From Tubiluchus corallicola (Eukaryota > Animalia > Priapulida), in NCBI GenBank assembly GCA_030141605.1, contig JAQGDQ010000091.1, positions 62,001-126,000 of the forward strand: DNA of 64,000 nucleotides, read 5' to 3'. Below are positions 14,801 through 26,800 of this stretch, in pieces. Numbering within the stretch: position 1 is the stretch's first letter; every line of letters begins with the position of its first letter. The notes beneath the pieces are model-generated. The model had not been told where the DNA came from and searched no databases. It worked only from the letters and a program-made list of their open reading frames with translations. The position numbers were made by a program, and so were the translations under genes.

Positions 14801-17800
14801 CAAATTATGTGCACAATAAGACAACATGTACTTGATACAAAACTGCAAGCCGATTTTTTGGCTTTATGTAAGAATGATGTTTTCCTGTGCTTTAAATATA
14901 TTAGTCTCATCTTCGTGCGATATTTATTTCAGATAATTCGTCAAAGATTTCCTGGATTAACTACACGAAGATTGGGTACTCGTGGTCAGTCAAAGTAAGC
15001 ATGGTCATTGCTCGTAACCGCATAAAAGATGAGTGATCATTGATTTCTGTCATTCCGTCTTTTTGTAAGCGTTTAAATGACATATTCGCTGTTGGGTTAA
15101 AACGAGTTATGAAACAAAGGAACAAATTATTATGTTAGCTAATCAATCAACAAAAAACATGAACTAACTGATTGACTGAGTGAGTGACGTACTGGTGACG
15201 GATGGGAGGACGAGCGAAGAAAACGTATAAACGGAGTGGACGAATAAATAAACGATCGAACAAATGAACACGCAAGCAAACGATTAAACAAACAACGAGC
15301 AAACGAATGAGTGGACGAATAAACAAACGATCGAACAAATGAACAAGCAGGCAAATGATTAAACAAACAGATGAGCAAGTAAATAATCAAGAAAGCAAAG
15401 AATCAAAAAACGAGCAAACTCGTGCGATTTTCTATATTTGCATGAATTATTTTTGTTGAATGTTGCCTAATAATGATTTGCTAATCTTCCTTTTCCTGTT
15501 AGGTATCATTATTATGGCATTGGAATAAAAATGTCTTCTGCTTACTACCATGCGGTTTACTCGGGAAAGAAACTAACTCGGTAAATATCCTACCTAAAAA
15601 GTAGTAACTACTTAATACAAAAAACCACTTCTATTCTCACTTGCGTAAGTTAGTTGTGCTTTTTAAATTAATGCCAAGATTTGGTGCAGGCAAATGTCGG
15701 CTGTTATTGTCAGCAGATGGCTGATTCAATACAAGTAATTATAATTCTTTATATTGTTTAAATTATAAATCGAAAAAATGTTGTAAACTGTGTTAGAGAA
15801 GCGTGTTCGCCGTTCATTCCATTTGAGAATATCTTCATTCAACGTTTTAAACGTTCTTGTTGACAACTCAAGAATTTTTATGGCTGGAGAGGGTAACACA
15901 CTTGCGGAGATGCTGTATTAATATGTTTTCTGTCAAAAATTCTAATTCGGCTGCCCAGTTCTTTACTTTTTAATCTAACAGCAGTTTTTGACGTTTTGCC
16001 TTGGGTTTTTATAAATAATAATAATTGCTTCGTTTAATACTGACGAATCAGTATGTAATTTTACGATTTCACTATACATGTAGGCCTACATATACTGATG
16101 CATATCAGATACCCAGTTCGCAGAAACAGAGATTAGAATAAAGAAATTAAGTTGAACAATTTTCAGTGCATTTTTTAAGCAGCATTTTGTTTCGATTTTT
16201 TGAACAAAGAAATTTGGAGAAGCCGGAGACAATGCAGTCACTGGCAAAACCCAACTTAGCTGTTTTAAATTGACGTGTGCACGCTGAGCATGCACAGTGT
16301 TTTTAATTATAATGTCAGTAATAATGGTAATAACACTAGTTATTGCCACTGTTGACGTTTGTGGTACATAATACTAGAGGGGTGCTCGTGAAACCCACCA
16401 AGACGATAGCACCATGAACTAGAATAGTGCCCCTTAATGAGCGTTACTGTTATACGATTAGACTAATTAACTCGGCAAACAGTACAAACGAAACATGCAT
16501 TAACCATAGAGGTTTTTATTTTCAGTTTCTCTGGCGCTAAGATCAAAACGGAGGTACGTAAACAGTCAATTGTTTGCTCAATGTTCCTATCTATATCAAT
16601 CGATTTATCTTTATCTGGCAAATAGCTTCATCAACGCGCTTAAATATAACTTTGTTAGAGTATTATTAGCAGTGCGACTTATATGAAAGATAATAGTTAT
16701 TGGCAAACAGTCCGCAATGTTATTCACTTTTTTATTTTCAAAATTCAAAAAATGCTTTAAATCAAATTTTCAAAGTGATTATTCTTTTTTGGCAGTTTTC
16801 TTTTCACCAAGCACCAGCATTATGTGCATTAAAGACAAAAACTATTATCTCCGCTCGTTTCTAAAAATCATAACTTCGAAAGCTATGAATTAGTGATTTT
16901 TTTATAATAAGTTTTCATTACCTATCTTTAGAGTTCACATAAGAAGTTTTGCCTCAGTTCTAAAACAGGGACGCTGCTACCGGCGTTTTCGGTTCCGCGA
17001 AATCTAATTCTTCCAAATACAGACGTAGAACAAAAGGTGAATGTTTTATAACGTGCATACAGGACAGTCAGCAAAATGCATTCTGTGAAACATTTAAAAA
17101 ATCTACAAAAACTTTCATACGTAATCTAAAGATATTTGAAATATTGTGCAAGTCTCGCCACGAGTACCTCACCAAATTAAATAGATAGGCACTGGCAACG
17201 AAACGAAATGTGCATTGGCTTGAAGGCACTGACAAACCGCAGGCCTTTGGTATCAACTTATTACGTGGGCTGTATACATTTTCGCTTTTTTCTTTATTTG
17301 ACGCTGTACAAATTCAAGTTTTTAACGATTGCACTAAACGAAATAAGAGCGTCAAGGTTTACAATGCTAAAAACAGGCTTAATGCAAGAAACCTGTACAA
17401 ACGCTCGGGAGTTGTATTCTTCATAACGTTTAATATAGTCAGTTTAAAAAATGAATGAATTAAACAGATTCTAAATAATTAACGAAGGGATTGTACAATT
17501 TTTTATTTTGAATCAAAACATCCTAACTAATCATCCTACCAAATTTCAACTCAATTAGATAAATACTTTTGGAGTTGAAAGTTTTGGCGGCAGTAGGTGA
17601 GTGAAGGAAACTGGCGGTTTTTTTAGGAACAAAGCTAGGGGTTGCTAGGGGATTTTATTGTGTTTGTCGTGTCTAATCGTTATAATGTCTGTCATTTTAA
17701 TATAGATGCAGACATTTTTAATGATGTATCACACACACTGCCAAAGAATACTGGATTCTGTGGTCAGCGCAAGCTTTCATGAGGTACCACAACTACTTTT

Positions 17801-19477
17801 CAAATTATGACCTAATAAAGATATGCGTTACGTTATAAATACTTAATAGTCATGTAGATTTCGCAGACATGCATATAAACTTTCAAAACCTAAATATTTA
17901 TTTTTGATCATATCTTTGATATTTTGTAAGTGAATAATTTTATTGCTTTTCAGATTCAAAGCTTTTTGATTCATTTTTGGCAAGGAATACCAGATCATTT
18001 ACAAGAGGTTTTGGAGTTAGGTATCACACCAGTTGTGATAAGCTATTTTGACCAACAGCTATACAAAGTATTGACTGACGTGCTCATGCCTACCTCAATA
18101 CAGGACCTGCCAGACAGGTGCAAACAATAGTTAGCATATGGCACAAGAAATTAGTACATATAAGCAAAACGATGTTTATACTTTCTTCTTCAATATACAA
18201 ATTAAAAGTTAAAAGTATATGGATCTAAATTAAATAATGGATCTAGAATAAATTGAAAGCAGCAACATGACGCAACGTGGATCCCAATGGTCTTCTTTTG
18301 CCAATTCTGTTTATTGCCTTCCTCTTGTGTGTGTATTGTGGATGAGCAAATAATTCAAAATACATGCAACGTCATCTAGTATCTTTTAATCTATAATGAC
18401 ATGTATTTAAATCTTGTTGTCGCGTTATTCTATCTTTCAATAGTTTTGTACTGTAAACAAGTTCTTGTTGTTTGCAACGACGGCGCCTAAAACCAGCGAG
18501 CACTAGAAAACAGTTGTAAAACATTTTTACAATACTGGGTTTTCGTTAAACATTATAAAGTTAATGTTAGGTTTACTGTTAATGATATTAGAAGCCCACA
18601 ATTGAATTACGTTTGTATCATAACTGGGTTTTCATGCATTTACTTAGCAACAGTGAATAAGACCTTATATTTTTCTGTGCTAGCCAGCCTCCTATTCTTT
18701 GTTTTTCAGTCTCAACATGGAGATTGAATTTTTTGGAAAAAGTCTGCAATATTGGATAGAAAAAGCCATGGAAGGACTGCCATATGATGTTTGCCGGCAA
18801 AAGATAGAAGGTTCGAAAAGTGAAACTCTTCTAAATTAAAAAGCTTTACATTCGTCACCCCTACTTTACATTTTTCTTCTCTTTGCCTTCTTTCCTCTTT
18901 TCACTGACATTTTCTTTTTAAAGTTTCAAACTTTTCGTAGATTCTTCCTTTATAACCTTTCTCTATAACGTAAAGCTGTTATGACAGTTATACATATGCA
19001 CAAGTGGCTTGAAATGTTGCGCCTGAAAAAACAGAATAATAAGGTCCAAGGATAAAAGGAAAATGGAGATGGATAGCACGGGTGAAGAACATAATTGATC
19101 GCGTGACAAACTGATGACCATTATTAACGATTGCTGTTATTTGTTTGTAGTTGCTGCGGATTTTTACAAGAGCACATCTCGGTTGCTATCATTTATCCGG
19201 TTAGCCCAAACAGCGCGGGGCGCCATACTGAAGCAAGACTCTGTGCAACAAATGCTTACTGATTTAGCAAAGATTAGTTTCGACCAGATTGCCTCTCGTA
19301 CGTGCTACCTCCTTTGCAAAGAAACATCTGTAAAAAGTACCAGCAAAGTGGTGCAAGGTGAGTAACGCGGTTTACAACAACAATGATGATGATGATGATG
19401 ATGACGATGATCATAATAGTAATAATGTATACTCAGACTAGTCATAATATTACTAATATTAATAAAAATACTACAAA

Positions 19478-19554
<77 letters not shown>

Positions 19555-22249
19555 GCTGCATCTCTCAAGAGCCTACGGCAAGCGAATTAGAGCAACGAAC
19601 AATCAGCAAAATGGGTACAAATATTGTCAGTCAGTCAGAACTCTACAGCGGTTGCTTTCAAACGGAGGTTTTGACAACCGTCACCTGGCATGTACTGCTA
19701 CAATACAGGGCGGCAGGGCCCCAGTTCGTTTTGCTTTAGTTGACTGACAATTTCTTTGCTTTCATCCAGTCATTAGTCTTTTTAGCTGTTTGTTTTTGTA
19801 TAATGCCATAACTATAGTGAGTAAATACAGACTAGTCATCAGCAAAATCATGTGTATTGAAGTAAGAAAAGGCAGGTCATCAATATCGATATGAAAAAGC
19901 AGTGTCCCTAGGATGCACCCTTGTGGTACACCACAGGTTAGATTCTGCTTATAAATGCGAATATAAATATATTGTACTTAGAGTTTAAACTGATTATTTT
20001 GCATATTTTTTCAAGTTGAAAGGCAGCCCAAAAATTTTACAGGGCACAAAAAATTAAAACCACGAAGTTCCTGACATCTTTTATTACAATGACTGCGCCA
20101 GTGCCCTAACTTTATTATTTCAATAAAACTTTCCAAATTTCCAATTTGGTTCGCTTTCACTGTTTGAGATGTGATTTATGTCGTTTGGTTTAGCGTTTCA
20201 GGAACTGTGTGCCTTACTTTCCAAACAGACATCAGTTGAGGCACTGACAGAATGGCTTGACAACGTCATAGACGAATATTTATTGGTGGTATGTAGAACA
20301 AGCACTTCACAAAAGGAAAATTGTGAATGTTTTTAGCCTCTACACATATAGGCCTACGTGCTGTTTCTGTAATTGTTTGGAGATCTGTTTAACTTTTGTA
20401 ATATTGGTCTGATCAACTCAAATGAGAAGACATAGGCCTATATGAGTACGTACTTGGTACGTACATATAAGACTGAATGTGAGTACAGTGTGCACATAAA
20501 TATTTCTCTGTGGTGTACGTAATGGTTAGCATAGTTGCTGGGGAAACAGATATGTTCTTATTTCCGCTTGAGTCCCAGTGGAGCTATAAAATTTTTTTCA
20601 GACTTTCTAATTTGTTATTGTTTATTATAAAGTGATGTACATTATAAAGTTTCTATAACTGACTTTGTATACTTAAATCGGCCTTTTACATTAAAACATT
20701 TTGCATTTGAAATATTTGAAACAACTGAAGTGATTTAGTTAGAAACCGTAGACAAAGAGAGAAGTTGGTGAACAAAATTCGAGTAAAAAGTTCCTACTGA
20801 ACAATTCTTTTTGTTTAGGGAAACAAAACATATGGCGCCATTTCCGAGCCTATGTTTTATGGCTGGTCCTACGCGATGTCATCAGTGATGACGGAATTGA
20901 CGCTGATGAGTGCGCCCAGTTTTGGCATCGTGCACTTGTTGCAGACGATGATGACGGAATACATTTTGCTCGCTTTTGAAACAAGCAAGCTGCGAGAGAG
21001 GGAAGAAAACATAACAGCAAATTTTCTGGCCTTTGTAAAGACGGAAGGACCAGGTAACGTGGCCGAAGTACATTTCTCCATAGGGGCTTAATTTATTCTC
21101 TGAGTGTACCAAATTAAAGGGCACCGAGTATATTAACTTAGTTCACAGTACGATTTCATTTCCATGCAATTTCCATTTCATTGCATTTTCATCATTATCA
21201 TTTTTTAATTTTTTTAAAATAACTTTTAGCTTTTTTTCTTCAATTCTACTTATATTACCTGCTTACACACTAATTTTACCGTTATGCCATTTCTTTTCAT
21301 TGCGCATTTCTTTTAGCCTGCCCCTAACACCTAACAACACGCCATGCATTGCAGCTGGGCTTTCCAAGTTCCAGCTTTTAGCTCAGCTGCAAGCAGTTAC
21401 ATCATTTGTTCACTAATAATTGACAAGTAATTGTTGTAATTCTTGTTTTCAGTTTGTATAATTGTATGTAGTATATCTTACACTTGTTGTGTAATTATAA
21501 TGGTGTTTTGCTAATAAAATAAAAAAAAATTCAGATTCGATTCAGATCTTATTAGGATTTAATTTAGTAGAAATATACGCGTGGCTCAACTAGATACGAA
21601 AAAATAATTTCAGTACAGTCGCTGGGATTGCTTGTGTTTCTCTATTTCAGCGCAGTCGTTGATCTAGTAAACAGTGAAACTTTCATCTGGGAGGTTCAAT
21701 GTGGTTACTTAATTCGGGAATTGTGTTTCGAATCTACTCAATGTCGACTAACTAAATATTAAAGTAGAGAAATTGCTGATTATTATCGGAACTGCTTACA
21801 AAACTAAAATCCAATTGTGCCTGAAATAGTTTCTTATTCTTTGTCAATCTCCCTTGCTCACTTTATATCTTTATTTATGTTCTCCTATACCACTCCCCTT
21901 CTTTCTATTTTTTGGACCGTCCACTCATCTTTGTGCCCCATTTCTCTCCTTCCATATCTCCTTCTCAGTCACCTGCAAGTGAGTTACTAACATGGCATTG
22001 CAGATAGAATGTTTTACCTCTAAATTGAAGAAATTTCAACAACAATAATGACGATGACGGAAAAATGCAGTTTATGGCTCTTTCTTACCACAGGTAGTTG
22101 TTCACATTGTATCTATCACAACTTCATCTACATAATTTGTAATTTCAGGTGAGCAACCTGAAGCTGATTCATTAGAAGGGATGACACCTACAGGACAATC
22201 TCCTCTACTTCAGGAAAGTTATCCTCACCTCTTCCTGGCGTACAGCTGA
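11836..22249 (+). CDS. RFX6: RFX6-like winged-helix transcription factor, 14 coding exons, about 543 aa
   Basis: GT-AG exons with consistent phases: 11836-11995, 12236-12329, 13085-13208, 14933-14994, 15503-15580, 16526-16553, 16932-17036, 17706-17783, 17954-18117, 18710-18810, 19151-19357, 20194-20288, 20819-21053, 22149-22249. DNA-binding domain [23 protein letters not shown]...[39 protein letters not shown]6-type [16 protein letters not shown] and SSKTGTLLP, then B/C/dimerization motifs ([37 protein letters not shown]). First and last exons are less certain. Confidence 0.9.
14235..14689. mobile_element. Non-autonomous Tc1/mariner (Tc2/pogo-like) MITE in RFX6 intron 3
   Basis: Inverted ends TATATACTCGCATATAAGCC (about 14238-14257) and CGGCTTATATGCGAGTATATACGG (14666-14689) followed by TA, with internal repeats of ATATAAGCCGACC. 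Confidence 0.75.
19383..19552. repeat. Compound (ATG)n/(ACT)n/(AAT)n microsatellite in an RFX6 intron
   Basis: Directly visible. Confidence 0.9.
19750..19937 (-). mobile_element. Reverse-transcriptase relic of a CR1/L2-type LINE
   Basis: Minus strand reads [22 protein letters not shown], then after a frameshift FADD and a stop. These match the GVPQGSxLGPxLF and (Y/F)ADD RT motifs. Confidence 0.75.
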
Positions 22250-22875
22250 GAGACGTGTAAATGTTATGAGAAAAAATTTAGACTGGTTTTGGATGCTTTT
22301 GACTGTTTTTTGTTACTTGTTTTTTTTATTACTTCAGCCATTCTATTACATACTAACATGCAGCTTTGTTCTGTTCTGAACCGCTGCTTATAATAAAAAA
22401 TTCAATGTTAATAGAGGTATTTTTTGTATAACAAAATTTATAAGCGATTAAAGGTTACAGATACAACAAAACAAATTTACGTGTACAAAGCATGTTAAAA
22501 TAGCTGCCATGAATAAATTCACCAATAAGTCAATCAATCATGAAAAAATAAATGAGGATATCGGTCATCTATTGTACTAATATAAGCGTTGAACAATATG
22601 AATAAGATAAACATTAAAATGAATAACAGATTAAATAAATAAATAAATATGTAAATATACGGTAATACATTGTTTGCACGCTTTTTTGTAATTCTTGGCA
22701 CTGGAGGCGCCTTACAATACTTTGATAGGGCGCTATATAAATGTTATTATTATTGTTGTTGTTGTTGTTGTTTTGTTTTTGGGTATTTCAAAAACAACAC
22801 ACTTTTTGGTCACACGCTCGCAAACTCGCGAAATAGTGTCTCAAATCTATTTTATGGTACAGGTACCTGTAACCT

Positions 22876-23779
22876 CTACGGCTTGTAGTTTTCCAAAATC
22901 CACTGCTGTAGGGCGTTTGCTTGATTACAGGGTTTCATGCTGACATCCCCAGATTCTGTCTCCATCTCCAGGCAAAGTGAGCTTAATTCGTGCAGGATTA
23001 AATAGGTCTACAACAACAATTTTATTAAGAATTTATTATAGATGGTGCTATCACTAAAATAATACAACGTCTGGCATTGATACAAAAGATATTGTTCCTA
23101 TAAACTTGAGAAAAGGTGTTCTAGGCAACACAAAAAGTAGATTTGAAAGGTCGAATTTCGACCAAGAATTCTATTTGACAATTAACTGTGAGATGTACTA
23201 TCTATGCAAATTGGACTGCTTGCCTGTCATGTTCTCCTAGTCATACAAAAATTGTATACTCACTTCATTAAAATAATGAGTCTTTTTGACAGACAGTGCA
23301 ACACTAATTAATTGATTATAAAGTTTTTCACCTTTCAGATTATTCAGCTTCGTAATCTCAAGACTGGGCGAAATTTCAGGGATGTATTTTGAGTCTTATA
23401 AGTGTATCAAGTGTATAAGTATGAAAATTACACTGTTATCGTAGATCCAGAATTGATTTTGTTTTTGACCGTGACATGTAGCAATCATAACATCTTCGCC
23501 TGGGAAATGTAAGCATGTATTGTCTCTACGAATTTCTCCATCTTTGGTTAAATGCCAGAACTAAAACAGAAATTAGGAAAGTGTAAACTCATATAGTGTA
23601 TAATTTATAATTTATTAGTGATAAAAACAGATACAAAACAATAAACAAGACATACATACAATTTCAATATAGAAATATGTCCACATTTTAAACAAGCAAT
23701 TGCTGATAGAACAAAATATATTCTAAAATCACTCCATAAAAATGCATATATTAGGTATAAACTATATATATATATATAT

Positions 23780-23846
<67 letters not shown>

Positions 23847-26800
23847 TATATATATATATATATGCCACAGACCACAGAATAGTGGCAATTTTATTATGCA
23901 CTAGAGGTTGCTTATATAATTATATTAGCAAGCAAAATCAACGCTAAATGGGTGGGCGTGCAGAAGAATTTTACAAGAGCATAACGTATTTAAAAAACGT
24001 CAAAGTTAATTAAACTCCAATAATAGAGTTGCGCTATACTATATGTAATAATCACATATCGAAGTGACAAAAAAAGGTAACCAGTTTTTTTGCTAATGAT
24101 ATTTACAAAAACTTCAATACGGTTATAGTTACATATATAAACAATAAACAAACGTACACCATATGTATTAAAAAAGGACCACGTCTAAAACCAACACAGA
24201 AATAACCCTTAATTACAAAAATGAAACAAATAATAAAAAATCCTATGGTATGCTTAAAGAAATGATAAATCTTGATGTTTCAATGTGTCACTGTATACTA
24301 TATTTAGGTGTTAATGTCTTCAAATAAATTATTACTCCAAAATTTGTTTTCTGTTTACAGCTCTACAACACAAATCGTTTTCTGTAATTGTTTTCTGTTT
24401 CTTCTGACAAGAACCACTTATAGTTTCAATCCACGTTCTTTTCTGCTAAACTCACCACAAAAATTTTTCTTAAATTTTTGGTTATTTATTTGATAAAAGG
24501 TTTATTTTGTTGTGCCATCATTCTTGTTCTCGTTGTTCATGTAATAGTTTTTTAGCTAGTTTTTATATTGTGCCTTGAACGTAGTTTATATATACTCTGT
24601 AGTTTGCATTTTCACAAAAAACGGATTTATGGTGTGCTAAATGACATATCCAGGCATTTAGGACAAAAAACTCAAAAAGTGAGTAACCCAATGCTTCGCA
24701 TTTCGGATTATTTTTCTACATACCCACGGTCTACACCCATTTGCTAGAAATTGTACTTACTAGTACATAACTGGTGTTTTTGCTACTGTGCTGTTAGGTT
24801 ATTTTGTGTTTTTTTTTGTTTTCTTTGCGTTGTATTTGCTTATGCTGTTTCTATATTGTGTTTAATTTGTGAATGTGTTACCGCAAACGCTAGTGTTTTG
24901 GTTGTGTGAATCTAACAGGCTTCAAGCAGTGCAACTGTCAACTTATAAAACGCAACGTGGTGCGTTTGGGCATACTTACCTGGCACAGAGGCTTCCATGA
25001 TCAAGAAGGTGGATCCTCTGGAGCGAGACTTTTCCATTGCACTTCGGTTGACTTGACCCCTGCGATTCCCTCAAATCGAGGAAACTCGGGTGTATAATTT
25101 CTGGTAGTGGGGGGATGCGTTCGCGCTATCCCCTGAAAATAAAATAAAGAGAATTAAGTTGGGTTAGGACTTTCTGTTTAAATGTACATGCACTTGTCGA
25201 CGTTTATTAACTGTTAAACAAGATTGTTTTAGTTAGAATGGGTGTAACATACTCTTACAAATCTCAAATTATACCTGACAACACCATTACAATTACTATA
25301 GACTCTATTGCAGAACATTACCTGGTTATCGCCATAACCTTCACACTTACTCACTGTCACGGGTTTTTCCATATATCGTGAATTAGCGGTGAGGCACCAT
25401 GCAGGTGACCCATTACTTTTGCTGCGAACCTAGAAATGTAGTATGAAGACAATATATGGCCTACAAGCATTTTTTATAACACGAAGAATCAGAGATACAA
25501 AATGTACAGATAAAAGGCATGGATGTATTTTGCTAGGTGCGAGGCAAAAATCGCACAAGAAAAAAATTGCACAGAAAAAAATGGTACACAGGTAAAAATG
25601 GTACAGGAAAAAATGGCACAAATGGAAAAGTAGGTAAAAACGGCACGTGTATAGGCTGGATACAGATAATTTGAATAAAAAGGAAGTAATTAAAATAATT
25701 ATGATGCAACATGTAATCTCCAGTAGACGACTTAAAAGTCACTTTCAGATGAAGTGTTCTTGCAAAACAGAGAGAACTTCAAAAAGAAACCGCTATTCAA
25801 GAGATTAAGTAGCTTCTATAGGTTTAGGCCAAGGTTTAGGCCCATTTTCCAGAAAAAGTGTTTCAGAGTTTTTTTTACAGAACAATTATTCTCAGGAAAA
25901 AATTGGCAGAAAACTTTTTCCTAGGAAAATAATTTTCCTAGAAAACTCGTTTCACAGAAAAAACATTTCTCGATCCTTCTCTCCTTCCCTTCCCCTTTGT
26001 CTTTATTTCTTCCCCCCACTCTTCTCTCTGTTCTCTCTCCCTTTCTTATCCCTCTTTCTCTCTTTTTCTGCTTTTTAATTATCTACAATACTTTGACTAA
26101 AGACTATTAGAATTATTTTTAATTCAATCATGCCAAATGGCACAATGTTTAAAGGACCAACCTTGTTTTTTCTAATTTTGTTTTAAGAAAAATATTTTGT
26201 TTTGCAACTTTCACAAATGATTTTTCTATGAGGTGTTCGATCAAGTTTTACGAAAAAAAAAAACGGCGAAAAAACGCCCATTTTGCCACCCTATACCCCT
26301 TTTTCCACAGTGTCGTGGAAATCCGTTACATAGTTTATGCGTAATAGGCTTACTGAAATAACAGACCAAAAACAACCAACCAACCAAACAAACACTGTCG
26401 AAGTATAATCTCCCTGTCAGAGGTAAAAATAAGTAAAATAATTATCAGTCACAATAACCCTAACTCTAAACTCATATTCTACTAAGTGTGCCACTTTTTC
26501 CTGTGCCATTTTTACCGTGCCCTTTTTCGTGTGCCATTTTTATTTGAGCCATTTTTACCTACATTCATTTTGTTAAAAATGTTATGTAAAATAAATAATA
26601 ATTACACACTAGTATAAAAATAATTTTAAAAATTTAAATTGATCACAAGAATAGTGATTAATAACGAATAGAAAGAATCTGCAGTTGCAGTTTGAAACGT
26701 TTTATTTTTTATTTTTTTCTCGTATTTGAATTGTGGGATTGGTTTAATTTATCAAAATTAATCTAATTACTCTAGCGGAGGCGACCTGACATTCGAAATG

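Noticed and set aside
21651-21702. Possible extra RFX6 exon after tttcag
   Set aside because: The first AG gives a stop within a few codons, the alternative AG and donors are weak, and there is no RFX similarity; not needed for a continuous ORF.
24640-24710. Possible relic of exon 9b in GALNT-B (minus ATCCGAAAT, IRN...)
   Set aside because: Only a 9-nt match to the start of exon 9b, with no AG acceptor, no CLD/CH/NQ and an in-frame stop; cannot be told from chance.
24906-25097. 63-aa plus-strand ORF
   Set aside because: It is a chance reading through the U1 snRNA sequence.
25536-25660. Short tandem repeats that might suggest a CRISPR-like array
   Set aside because: Eukaryotic context, no spacers, and they are mirrored at 26486-26566 as transposon subterminal repeats.
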